From positions 162,013 to 226,012 of the forward strand of contig NMRA01000378.1 in the NCBI GenBank assembly GCA_002633005.1: DNA of 64,000 nucleotides. Direction: 5' to 3'. The DNA comes from Phoronis australis (lineage: Eukaryota > Animalia > Phoronida). Position 1 is the stretch's first letter. Every line of letters starts with the position of its first letter. Below, piece by piece: positions 1 to 13,500 of the stretch. A program made the translations under genes and the position numbers. A model generated the notes under the pieces. The model ran no database searches and was not told the DNA's origin. It was given only the letters and a program-made list of their open reading frames with translations.

Positions 1-3000
1 CATGAAATTGCTAAAGACCTAAATTGAGTCCGAAATCGGTCTGAGTTGAGACCGAAAGTTACCTTACTCCTGCGTAGGCTTGCGAACGGTCATCTGGTCT
101 TAATGGTCAAAATTCACGACTGCTACGACTGCTACGACTTTAAACTGTTGAAAGACAAGTTTCTTTAATATTTTCTCGGTAGTTTACAATCTAATAACCT
201 CAAACAAATTAAGGATAGTCTGCTTTGAATACTAGAACCGGCAAAGCACCGTACGGTCGCACAGACAATGCAATGCGACCTACCTGCACATATGAACTGA
301 TATTTCCAGCCATACCAGGGTCTTCCCAAGTAAACAAACGAGATCCCACTTGCATCCGAAATGTTGTAAATAAATCCCCAATTACAGTTGTGGTGTTACA
401 AGATCAATATTATACTTGAAACCGGATTTCGCACACCGCCTTTCGTAGTTCTGGGAATTTGCTACAGCGTCGTTACGGAAGTAGGCTCAGATGTAGCAAA
501 ACCCGACTAATTTCGGTCTAAATTAAGACCAAAGACAGTAAAACGACTCTGTGTTCATAAAATGGAGTTTCCCAAATTTTTGTCTTCGATCTTAACCTAG
601 CCCAAAATTTCGGTCTAAACCTGCATGGTATTATATAGGTATTTTAGTATTTGAAAAGTCCCTTTTCACGCCCCTGGACACACGATTTTTGCTGGTGTCA
701 CCAAGCTAAGACGTTGCGTTTTATGTAAGTGTATCCCTCATATTTTTGCCGTTAAAGTTCGCCTCGTTTTATATCGCAACAGTGATTACTTTGTCTGAAC
801 ATCATGCCTTATAAAAAACAGAAACAGGCGGGTAGAGTTTAGTAGCTGTCTCGCGGTTAGTAAAATCACGCTAAAATCCTGTGTTCTCTTTTAAAATGCA
901 CGGCAATATCTGTTTTATTCTCGAGAAGTTTTTCCTTTCTTGCGAGGGCCCAGCGAGGCAGTCCTATAGTTATTGAACACTACCCCGCCTCCAGTTGTCA
1001 AAACAATCAATGACTGCGCGCTCTAGCCGACTGTGGAAAGTGGACTACGTGATGCGCGGATTTTTGTGCGCGATATGAGTAAGGTAATGCTCGCCATTAT
1101 ACACGAGTCCACGATTCAGAGTTCTTGGGCATGCACAGAGCGTACGTGGTAGCGTGGTAGGGAACAGTACAGGCTGAATAAATAACCCTACTTTTACATT
1201 ACATGGAGACCCGACAATAAAATGCAGATTTCTCTTAAGATAACAAGCAAATGACGAAAACAGCGTTTGGTGATAAATTTATGCCAAGTAGTACGTGAAT
1301 GCTGCAAGATTTTTTGGAAACAGACATTTTCAGATAATTGTTAGCTTTTCAACCTCGGATGTCGGCTTTGGCTGGTCAATCAATTTGCGTGCAGGGGTGA
1401 TGGGTGTTTGTAACATTGAGTGACATCGAGGCTTTAGTTGAAATACCTTTATGACTGGTATTTTCTTTGAATGGGGGCTCACTCACAAACAGGACTGACT
1501 TTGCAAAATTACCAGATTTTTACCGACAACATCGAGCATAGGTGGTTCTCGGGAAGAAATTAGTCAACGTAGCAATCCAGGGATGAACAAATCAGAAAGA
1601 TGATCATCAGTGATTGGGTAACCCGATCATTCTGACGTATCAGATCATAAGGACCAAGAGAGAACAATGCTCTTCCGAGGTGCATGTATCCTGATATCAC
1701 CTTCCCAATCGGTTCACATATTTTATACTGTTACCAAACGTATACCTCTCCGGTCCAACTGGGAGCTTTCCAGTAAAAGAGGAGTGAAAACTTCGTTATT
1801 GCCGGCGTAATTTTCGACTAAAACAGTGCAGGGCATGTACTTCGGGAATCAAATTTCATTCATTCAATCTCGTTTCAATTTAGTAAATGCAATACCAGTG
1901 AATGCTATGATATCAAATTGTAACCCAAGGCTTCAAATAAATTGTAAATATTTCAAGTACGCTTACAAGCAGTCTTGGAATTTTCGAGTAGTTTTCCCAG
2001 ATGCGCGCTCGAGATTTTACTCCAAGAAAGTATTGGTGGTCACAACATATTGAGTAATACTCGTAAAATTGAAAATTACTGAAAATTTCGAGAACCTATG
2101 GTTGTATATGGTTTGATGACCCTCGAAGTCTATGATGAGAAATCACTCAGTCTGAATAAAGTTTTAATTATCGAGTACTTTAAGGGACTTTGGTGCCGGG
2201 TCGCGGGCCCGACCACAAAAAAAATATGTAAACCAATAAAAGTACATTCGACATACATATTTGCAAAGGCGATCAGTAAGATTTCTTTGTTGAACTATTA
2301 GGTCGCAAAAATTAGGAACATTTCTTAAAATCAATTGTGGGTGCATCCACTTTAATTCACCATCGCAATTTATTACAACTGGTGCCCAGAAAATTTTGAG
2401 ACAGCAAAATACTTGTGAAGGTCACATTAGTGGAACACAAGGTGATTCTTTTTTAATCCAGATAAGTTTCGTTACAATTGAGAAGGTAAAACAATCGGAA
2501 TGCTTTTGAAAGTATTTGCAAGCAAAGCCAAGAAATGTGGGAATTACTAAGAGCCGAAAAATTGGGAAGCATCAAGAACGCATTATTTTGGGAAGCTTGA
2601 ATTGCACGCATTCTCAAACAGACGTTTAGCCTCCATCCGGAACTTGATTGCAAAAACTGAAGTTATCTTTTGTTTGATCTTAATATCATGTGCTTTTTTT
2701 GGTTGAAGCACAACAAACACTCGGAGATTTCCGATGTCTGACTGCACGTTCATCGCGGGAAATCACCAATTGGCAACAGCCTACGTTAGAAGCCAGCAAC
2801 CCGTGGTTCTTCAGTTGTAAACAACGGCTATTTTTCAGATTCAACTTGACACTTAATTATGTGGAGGGCACTCAAATAACAATCGTGGGCGCACGAAAAC
2901 CGACTATTGGAATTGCTTAGGGAATATCCGTGAAAAATCCTGATGTGTACGAAGGGTGTCTCCATCAACGCAACAAAATAGCTTCCTTGAATTTATGATT

Positions 3001-4785
3001 CTGATGTTTTTTGACATTCTTGTCGTCAGATCACAACTCGAAAGTAATTTGATGAGAACAAATGAAAGGCGGTATTCAAAGACTTGTTCGATGCTGATTT
3101 CGTAGAGTCCCAGGTACATTTGAGTAGAAAATTCTTAGTATACCGATTTTTAGTATCCAAATTTTATGTTTCATTAGTGAATGACGTCAGTGGTGATCGA
3201 GGAACAGATAAATGCACGTAGGAAAATGAATTACTCGTAAGTATTGTACTTACGGTATGTATTTTATTTGTCTTGTTAACGTACATGTATACACACTTGT
3301 GCAAAAATTTCTTCAGGTGCAAATTTGCAACTCCTTGGGAGGTGGTTCAAAGTGAAATTGCATGTGAATAGAGGTACATGTAGATATTGCAGTTGTAAAC
3401 GCAAAATATGATTTAAAGTTACGTAAAGTTCAGCTTCAAAGCTTTGTCAAATACATTGTACATTTGTATATTGTTAAATGATACCTACATGTTGATGACT
3501 AACCTCTGGTCACCCGAGTACGTTTCATTAAGAGCAAGATAACATACTGTACACACTTCAAAATGCTTGTGACAAAGGCGGACAGTCGTGGAGTGGTGGC
3601 GTCACAACGTGCTTGCATTCACTATGAAAAGAAACGTTTATTGAAGAGCTTTGGAAGCCATTTTCGTCATTTTGAACATTTCAACTCATTGCTCATTTTC
3701 ATGTGTTTAGTGACTGTTCCCTTTCCACAAAGTGTGCTCTGATAACAACGCGAACAGCAACTCTAATTGATAAGTAATGTGCATAACAACTATTTCCCGC
3801 CAAAAAAGTTCACTCATGAGGACAGACCATCCAAAAATGAGCGTACAGCAGGCAGGTATTGGTTCAAATGTCTTGTGAACGAGTAATAAACATGCTTTTA
3901 CACACGAGTGCAAATATTGCTGATCGATACCTTTACTCACATATGCATATGAGCGTGCCTTTATTCAGCTCTCGAGAATGGTACGGCATCCATAGGCTGG
4001 TTTTTAGCCCATAGACATTAGACTCTTCTAGAAACAGCCCCCCCCCCACACAGGGGTGTGAAACTAGTGATTTCACTTCTGGTGGAATGTCAAACCTAGT
4101 TTTTGCAACATTTGCAATCTGCTCAAAAACGCAAGACGATGGAGTGGATACATTCGGGTTTGATTTTAATCTTGTAATTTTACTCTTGACGAAAAAAAAT
4201 AAAGTAAAATGTAATAAACCAATTCATTGAATAGTTGAAAGGCATTTTTAGTATCAAAGCACCCAATATTGCAATTTCATAGGCATTTTAAAGACCACTG
4301 TCATTAAACTCTTCTATGATAAGTAACGTCTAACGTTGCGTCCCACTTTCACAAAATGTAAGGACTTCTAGTCTATGGGATAGTCTTTGAACTCAAATGT
4401 GACTCAAGCCTCAGTCTCGAAACTTTGCCGCCGCATTCTCCGAGTACAAATTTGTAAATTTATTCCAATCATGTTATCCCATTGGTCAGTTTTGGAACCT
4501 GTTTCTTGAAGAGTTTTGTCTTTTAACTTGAGCCAAAAGATCGCAAAAATCTGACTACGAGTAGCCAAAAATTGACTTTTGTGTTTTGTGTTTCTGGATA
4601 CGTTTCTTGATCCATCTAGTCGAACAAATTACAGATTCGTGCCGTTTGACTTCGGGTTTTAGTAGGCATATTTCCTGGCAATGTCGCATAGCCTGTTTTC
4701 ATGAAACAGGCAAAGTCATTCGTATACTGAATTTAAATTTCTTGTGTTGCCGCACCATTAGGCCCATCGGCGTCAGTGCAGAACC

Positions 4786-5178
4786 GAGCTTATACATGTA
4801 ACTTAGGGGCATGCGCCAATATGTGAACCGTTTGGGAAAAAGCCCACGAAAAAAGGCATTATTTCGGATATAGGCCCATGGGCCTGAAAGCTCAGCAATA
4901 TGGTAATATTGAAAAAAATATTTACCTAATTTCTTAAAAATACGCCAAGGAACGCCAAAGCTACAGAGGCAAACGTAAAAAGTTGCAATTAGAATGCACA
5001 GCTGTAGTCAAAAGGTTGCGCCTGTATGCAAATTAATGTATGGGCCTGTACAAGAGATATTACCAGGGCTTATACGCGAAACGTAGACGCATGCGCCAAT
5101 AAGCGAACCAATTGGGTAAAAAGACCACGAAAAGGCGTTATTTTGGATATAGGCCCATGGGCCTCAAAGCGCTGCAAT
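4786..5178 (+). repeat. Diverged direct repeat (about 110 bp, period about 280 bp)
   Basis: GCATGCGCCAATA...GGATATAGGCCCATGGGCCT occurs at about 4808-4885 and about 5088-5164. Confidence 0.75.
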
Positions 5179-5677
5179 TCGTTAGAAGTCGTCTAGTTTT
5201 TATATAGTTTCCAAATGTTTCATTTTTAGCTCAAAAAAATTTGTAAGTACTTTGTGAACTTTCGTAATCTCCTAGTTGTTTTTCCCTGCTTTTTAGGTGG
5301 TTTCTTATGTTTATTAAGTTAACTTCTTTAAGGATACGTGTACCCCTAAGTAAATTGTTTTTGCTATTTTATTGCAAATAGGTGGCTCTCATTCACAAAA
5401 AATTAAATTTAAAGGATATATTTGCGTTCCATTTTGTAATGAATATTTTTGCAACAGTTACTAATTTCGTTCCATTTCTTCTCCAAATCACTGTTGCTTT
5501 ACCATTTTAAAATTCCTGAACAAGCTCTGCAAATTCATAACAAAGTGTTGCACGAATGGCAATTGAAGTTTTTTGTGTGTTTGTTTTTAACCAAAGGTAT
5601 GAATATTTCATTGCATTGTAAGCTTATTCCGAGAATTCCTTGATTACATGCTCAGGGGTACCATAGAATCTTACTCA

Positions 5678-5990
5678 CGAACCACCTACGAATCTTTGAA
5701 TCATGCATACGAACCCAAAAATCACGCATACGAACAAAAATCATTTGCACGAACCACAAAAACCATACATACAAACATAAAATCATATACACAAGCATAG
5801 AATAACAAGCGCAACAAATTATCGTTTGGTGGTTCGTGCGTATGATTTGGATGCTCGTGCGAATGAGTTGTGTTTGTATGTGTGATTTTTGTGGCTCATG
5901 CGTATGTTTTTGTTCGTATGCGGGATTTTTGGGTTTGTACACATAATTCATGGGTTCGTATGTATGACTCATAGGTTTGTAGGTGGTTCG
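5678..5990. repeat. Foldback element with about 21-bp internal subrepeats
   Basis: Left arm of (AATCATGCATACGAAC)-like units is mirrored by a reverse-complement right arm. Confidence 0.8.
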
Positions 5991-7526
5991 GGAGCCCTGT
6001 AGTTAAAAATCTGAGGGAAGAGGAGATTGGTGAATCGCTTCATGAGTGTTGTACACGAAAACGCAAGATCTCGCAAGACCGCGCGAAATATCACCATATG
6101 TTTCAAGGAAAGCACGTGATCACAGTAGCTTTTCTTTTGCCTCGCTGGTTCCCTGCGTATCAGCTAGGGGTAGATGACGCGCATGTACATACTGTATCAT
6201 TCAGTAGCACGCGTTTTAGTGTAACCTCGGCAGGCATTGGTTAGCTTTACAACAAAGAAAGAAAATGACGGACTATGAACGGTGTTAAACCTTGTCATGC
6301 AAGTGGCGTGACAGCAAATAGTTCTTTTCTGCAGTAATGTGATAGCCGCGTTCTTGAATCACATACAATGCACACACATCTGCCTTGGCCGATTTAACGG
6401 ATGTGTTCTTCATAATACACGACAACAACATAAACAAAAGTCAGTGACAGTAAAAATGCTCTCCCAAAAGGTACAACCACAAATTTCTGATTCACATTTT
6501 GCACATAAATTTAAGCAGACCACAAACTACTTCCCCATTTACACTTCCTCCATCACTAGTCATGCCACTTTGTTTACGTAAAGCGCTACCTGTTAAGAAT
6601 TCGACCAGCCAATCAGAAACGCCGGTGTAAAACGAATTCACGGGGAAAATTTAATACCTGCGTGTTATCTACCTCCTTGCGGACACGCAGTGAACCCGCG
6701 AGTTCTTTTGCGAGATTGTACGGACTTCAGATTAATTTTGTGTTGTTGACGTCACATCATTTCACTGGGCCTCGAGTCAAAAATAAGTGTAAGCGATTTC
6801 CCAAGTCAAACGTAAGTCGGGGGGTAAAATCTGTCTTCCTCTATTCCAATCGACGAGTAGTAAGCAACTTTTTATCTCACAATTCGAGTCGACAAATTCC
6901 GATTAATACTTGACAAAAAGTCGCACGCCTGTACATTGTACGAGTATACTAACCGAATGTACATGTAAACGGGGTTGAAAAGCAAACGTAAAGATATTGG
7001 CAAGCACAGTGACCCCATCTAGATCTTTGAATAAAACTTCACTTGTAAGTGGGATAGTAATCTATGAATAAGCTGAAAGACTTGGTATCTTGGATACATC
7101 ACTGTCTGTAACGGCTAATTTTCCTCCAGGGCCATTTAACAAATTGCTACGCTCAAGACTAGATACATGTATGTGGAGGGCATTCAACACCTTTAATCCG
7201 GGCACTTGGTTTCCGACCCCACAAAACGTCTCTTTATTTCTGAACGACACCGCGTTGTATATATAGGTTGTTTCTTCGAAAAAGTCGCGTTATTGGGACA
7301 TCTGCACGATATCAAATGAAATTTTGTTCTTTTTTGGAATATTGTCCATGTACAGTACCTGTATTTGTTTGCCCCGTATGTCGAGAAGAAAACTGAAATG
7401 TTTCACCTCTGATCGCAAGGAGAAAGTATTTTAGAAAAAAACCTGTCGCTTATAGCAAACAAAATGTTTACCTCATCAATCTGTTGAATGTTCTCTATAG
7501 AATGGATCATAACATTTTTAGTCTCA

Positions 7527-7561
7527 TCATCTCTGTTTACTTTTGACCATCAACATGAATT
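7527..7561 (-). CDS. Candidate terminal exon of the calmodulin-like gene
   Basis: ctctttcaaaaatag|AA TTC ATG TTG ATG GTC AAA AGT AAA CAG AGA TGA gives (E)[10 protein letters not shown] in the required phase 1, resembling calmodulin EFVQMMTAK*. It implies a 15.7-kb intron. Confidence 0.55.
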
Positions 7562-10500
7562 CTATTTTTGAAAGAGGCACCTTGGATTTGTAGAGGCCTG
7601 GACCACTGACAGATGGGAACTGAAACTCAACATCAGGGGTGTCGTGATCGCTTCTATAAAGTGGACAAATATTTATTTTACGAGGCCCTGAAAGCAGTCC
7701 TCTGAAGACTAAAAAGATATCCAATCTTGCTTTTTATTGGCCATTTATGTGACCAATATACATGTACATATTGTATTTAAAGGCATGGGCGGCTCACCGT
7801 AGGGGGCTGGGTGGGGGGGTGGGCTATAGCCCAACTTTTTCAGTGCTGCACCGCCCATTGACTGTGGGCGGTGCACTACGGGGGACTGGAGTCTATAACC
7901 CTCAACTGATTTCAGTGCTGTCCCGCACATGAAAGGGTGATTCACTCTCCAAAGATCAGAAAGACCGCGCGCTGCCTTCATGTCTGTCGTTTCAAGACGA
8001 GCTCTAGTATAGTTAATTCTTTAGTTTCAGGACTAACTTGATTATGATTCACGAGCATGGTCACTTGCAAATACATGTATTTGCCACGGACGAGTCAAGT
8101 GTTGGTTAATGGCCTTTAAATTTGAAGATGCATTTTGATGTTATGGACTATCCCCCGAGGCGCATGCCGTCCTACTGTTTGCATAAAATCAATGGAACAA
8201 GAACACGTATACATACATGTAGGCCTACATCATGGAAACATGGAAAGTACATGTAGACTACGGTACATGTTAACATGAAGAAGCGATGTACTTCCCAGTA
8301 CTCCGTCAAGGGCGTGTTTCAGAGGTTCACCATTTACACGATTCAATATATCACTTTATTAGGCATAAAACACTAAGTAATTATTGTCTGAAATTCACGT
8401 AGACCACCATCTAGCACGTCCTTTTTCATAAAATGCCCACTGTCTTGTTTTTGCTGAAAATCCATCTCGAAACCTCAAATTTGGTATTTGAACAAATGCG
8501 TTTACAGCCAACAACGACAAAAATCACACGCTCTTCGTCTTATGATAACAAAACAAAAATTCCCACTTTACCCGCAAAGTCGTTAGAAATAAAGTGCACA
8601 GTTTCAAGCTAGGCTATCAGCGGGACTGGGGGAGTCTACATGTACCCAGCCGCGGTTGGTCCCGTTGGCTAACAGAACCTCACCGTTTACATTATTATAT
8701 ATCCAATCATTACTAGCAACTCTGTTTCTAAAGTGCAATAGCCCTGACGAGAGACCATTCCATGTCACTATTTAGGAGATAAACACGCTAAGAAGAAAAG
8801 TCATAGCCATTTTGACAAGCAAACATTGCCTTTCGTGGTCACTTCTAAGTACCGTATAAGTGAACTCTTTGCTGAGGACTTTCAAAACAAAAGTTAAGAA
8901 CTCTGATCGACATACATTCGAACTCTATTAACCCATTAGCACAAAAACAACAGGAGTTTCATAGGCACCTGACAAAGTCTCTGAAGTTAATGAATGACAC
9001 ATATATCTACCTACCATTTCTACGTCTTGTTAGTCAAAACAAGTCGAGGATACGTTTGTATAACGCGCTTAATGCATTTACGCGAGGTACATGTCGTCTA
9101 AACGTCTCCCCCGTTTGTAAGGCGCATTTAGAAGAATATTTACCCTCTTTTGGGCGCCACAAAATGACCCATTCAATTCACATTGCAATATGTCAACACG
9201 ATGTCTGTTTGCTGCCGACTATTGTTCGTAATTATCACTTTCCTTTAGGCTTGATCTCGTGATTCGGATATTTTTTATGCAACAATAGACGTTCTCGGCG
9301 AGCACAACTGCAGTACCGTATTATGTACTTCAGCACTGTGTATTATATGCTATGATTGCCGGACCGCTCGAATTGATAGGGGCGAATTAAGAGTCATTTT
9401 GCGTCTACTTTTTCTATATTCCATCTTTAAAATGAACGGACCGCACAAAATCCTAGTACATTATAATACATTACATTGATTGGCGTAAACATCCCATGGC
9501 GGAAAACATGTTCGACCCTAACATGCTATGAATCATAAGCGCTCGGAGAGTATTCTTCCGACTACTTGTATGAATCTAACCGTTGTATTACCTTAAACGC
9601 ACTAAAACATATACTGGCGAAACTCACCATTCCCGTAGACACAATGGCGGTCCTCTCAATTAAATATAGCAGATCCATGGGCTTCATTGCCTGTCTCCTA
9701 CTAAACCGGCCTTGTTAATTGGCTCAGAAAAGCTTACATACTGACTGCGGTCGTAGGTACGGCACTTAGTAAATAGCCCACTTTTTGTATGTGTTTTAGA
9801 TTAGTTTCTAGCTATTAATATAGACGAGTGAACACTATTCACCACTGACTGCCAGAAAGTCTTTGAAACATGATCATGCCTCACGGCGCTGTTGCCGAGT
9901 CTGACGCAACTTTTCCAATTTTGGGGTATTATGCCAGTCGTGTTCGTAAATAAGCACGTGCGTACAAGAAAACTAGGTCGAGTAATTTTGTAAAATTCTA
10001 CCATAGGCTGTTGAGTAATACACTTTCAAATTCCCTTCCATAGCACTGTGCAATGAGGTACCAGCGTGCATGTACCTTCGGAAAAAAGTCTTACTGCACC
10101 TAAAAGTTTGCTAACGAAAACCAGAAGTGTTCCGGATGGAGGCCAACTGCTGAGCGGGGGCCCTGTCTCGCTCAAATGTTGCAATCCTGCTACAGTACGT
10201 ATTACACAGATTCTAAAGAGACTGGACTTGTTACCAGTCGCAAGTTTGGGCGCAAATCTCTCTTTATACGCCGTGTAAAAAACAGTTGTCCAGGGATGCT
10301 TTGCGTAGACGCCCAATGTGATCACGTGCTTTGATTCTAAGACTTGTTGGGTATTCTTATATCGTGTTTTACGCGAGTTTCTCGCAGACCACACCATTAT
10401 GCTCCTGTTTAGGGCGACTCTATGGATACGGTGTATATACATACACANACATATATATATATATATATATGTGTATATGTATGTGTATGTGTATGTGTAT

Positions 10501-13500
10501 GTGTATGTATATGTATATGTATATATATACATATATATATATATAACTTAAACAGAAAGAAAGTCAAGTACGCATTGCTTGGAGTTTTTCAAGCAATGTG
10601 AAGAGGAACATACATGTAAAATAGACTAAGTACATGCAACACATGAAACTCAATATGGGGGATTTCGACTATCACAAAACGTACTCACTAGTGGATCTGA
10701 TGTTGTATTTTTTTAATGCACCGTGGGCTCGTACAATCATTGGAAACTTGTAGACATGTGAAAACTGAAGCTGCCTTTCCGGTAGGGACGTTAAGAGATT
10801 AGCTACTAAAGCTAGTATGATCACGTGCTTTGCTTGTAACGCATGGCGTTATCTCGAGTAATCTTGCCTTCTCGACACTTTCATGAGTTTACGAAACACT
10901 AAGACCTGTCGTTTTAAGTGATGGGATTTAACTTAAGCGTCATCAGATATCATGTGTCTAGAAAATCTTTCGCTTAAAACATTTACTAAAAGTCTTCATC
11001 ATTCCCAGCCCTCTATTTCGACACGCTATTCGTCAGTTTCAGTACAACGTTATCATGTATATAAATAAAGTAAAGTTCCTGCAACAGGATTCCGCCCAAA
11101 TCATATTTTTGATTTAATATTTAGGTTATTGCGTCAAACTTTGAGGTAGCAATACTATAATGTCACCAGACAGTGCTCGTCTCCACCAGGGGCGTGCACA
11201 GCGACAACTTGGCTTCAATGTGCATAGCTATGCATCGTGGTTTGACAAAACTGCCTATTTTGGCAGCGCTAATTCTTGTCAAAATTCAGAAAGTAAATGC
11301 AAGTAACCAAATGTCTTTAGGTTTCCAAGGTATCAAGTTATGAAAAATTTGTGCTAGTGACGCAAGTCTTTGTCTCAATTAAACCATTCTGTAAAGTGTT
11401 GAATACACAATTTTTAAGATCGCTGCATTTTCATACACTGTGGTGCAAATCGAGTGCTGAAGTTGATAGCACAAATTTCAACACTTGTAGGGACGTTTTT
11501 AGTTGATTGGGTTTGAATGGGGTTTTGATGATGTACATTTTAATCATCAATACTAGTTTCAATATAATATTAACCATATTACTCTTTTCCGCTATCATTT
11601 ATCTCTTGTTTTAAGAAACCGATGTTTCCGGTGTACTAGTTGACGAAATAGGGCAAAAAGTTTACACAAAGTACCAAAACAGGTTAGGAAGATTTGAAAC
11701 AGTCTGAAAAAAAGATGCAAATGGTGAAAAAATTAAGAATATTATGTTTATTCCAAACCAAAAATGTTGATTTTGTTTTCAATTTTATGTTATTACACGC
11801 GACATCACAATCATGAACGGGTCATATTAAACACAGGAATGGGCAAAACACAAGTGTAGACGTACATGTACCTTAAAGATATCTGGAGGTACATGAAACA
11901 TGACTTACATGATTAAAACGTTTTAAATGAATAATTGCAGGCTGCCTGGTATACGTTGCACCAGACGTGCGCAGGCTGCGCATGTGGGCCCAGTGCACTG
12001 ATAGCCAGGAATCATTTTTAGGGTTTATAAATATATAGTTAAAACCGAGTTGAGGAGTATGATAAAGTTTCACAATATGACACATATCTTTTTTTAATTC
12101 CATGCATGAAATGTAATTTTGATTCATGTTTTGTAACTGGTTACTTTCTACTTCAAGATACAATGTATATCAAAGCAACAAAGTGTGAAAAATCATTTAC
12201 AGAAATGGGTTACATTTGGATTATGAATTGTGACGCTTACTTAAATGCTTCGGCTTTATAGCTTCATGTTATGTATTATCATGCCAGTCAAATTGTAACT
12301 TAAGGAGGAAGCCTTTATGACACTCAGTTACCTTGGTAACAATTATGCATGCCTAGTTTCATAGTTAACGTGAACTTGGTTCACTTCGTAAAGCTAAAAA
12401 TTTCTAAAATACATTTGTAAGTCACTTACTGTGGCAAAATGCTGTTAGGATCATTTAGTTTGCACCTTGATAAGTGTGAGCATTAGCTACAATGAAAATG
12501 TTGAAACCTGTGCGTCCAATATTTTGAAGAGGTGTCATTTTTATCTCTCGCGGGAGTGTGATAACACGTGACAACATCAGAATTGGGTGGAATCGGTTAA
12601 ACAATTAGCATTCTGTAAAAATGACAAAACTCAGATTAATGTGACTTTATATATTTTTATGTAATGATTATCTGTTAATAAGGTGGACGTTGCCAGGGCA
12701 CCAGTTAGCAGCTGACGGGGGCAAGGGTTAGACGTATGAACGGTTTTCAAAATGATAAAACTGTCTCTGGTGTGGCAGCACAGGTTAAACTCATTCAAAA
12801 ACATGCATTTATATAATATTAGTTTTTGGCCAAAGTTGTAGTAAAGAAGTAAAAAACAATACCGATGCTAGAGTACAACATGTAAACGACGTTTCGATAT
12901 TGATCAAAAGTCTTCCTCAGGTACAATAGTACACAAAAAACAAAATGCCGTAAAAATATATTAATATTGAAACGTCATTCTCAAACATACATGTGCCATT
13001 GGTTCCTCGATGGAAATGTTTTGATCAAATTTCCTGAAATTTCACCAAAAAATCTAGTTATAGAAACTGCCACCAGGGAGCCACCAGTAGTCAAAGTATC
13101 TAAAAACTGACGTCGACTGATTTTATCACCATAGAGACATAATTGCAAAAATTAATGAAGCCTCTTTATAAAGTTTATGAGATATAGCAGCATACCGTCC
13201 GTTGTCAGGCACGGTAAAATACGCGGTGGTACGTCTTTTCTATCGGCTGTTGCATAAAGCCCATTTACTTTATTTAATTATATTCTTAGTGAGACAGCAA
13301 ACTGATGGTAAATATCATTGGAAATCACCAGCATCTCGCAAACTAACCCCCAGAGCACCTCATAAATGGATAAAAATCAAATACACAATATTAGGCAAAA
13401 TTTACCGAATTTTGGCACTCCAGAGAAGGTTAACGGAAACCGATATAAAAATTCAAAGACTGTCTTCTGATAGAAAGGTTCAATATCTACATAAAGATTA

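Noticed and set aside
5678-5990. CRISPR-like array
   Set aside because: Eukaryotic context, degenerate adjacent units without unique spacers, a mirrored arrangement and no cas genes.
10026-10551. ORFs with YT/YV/CM repeats
   Set aside because: They are microsatellite translations.
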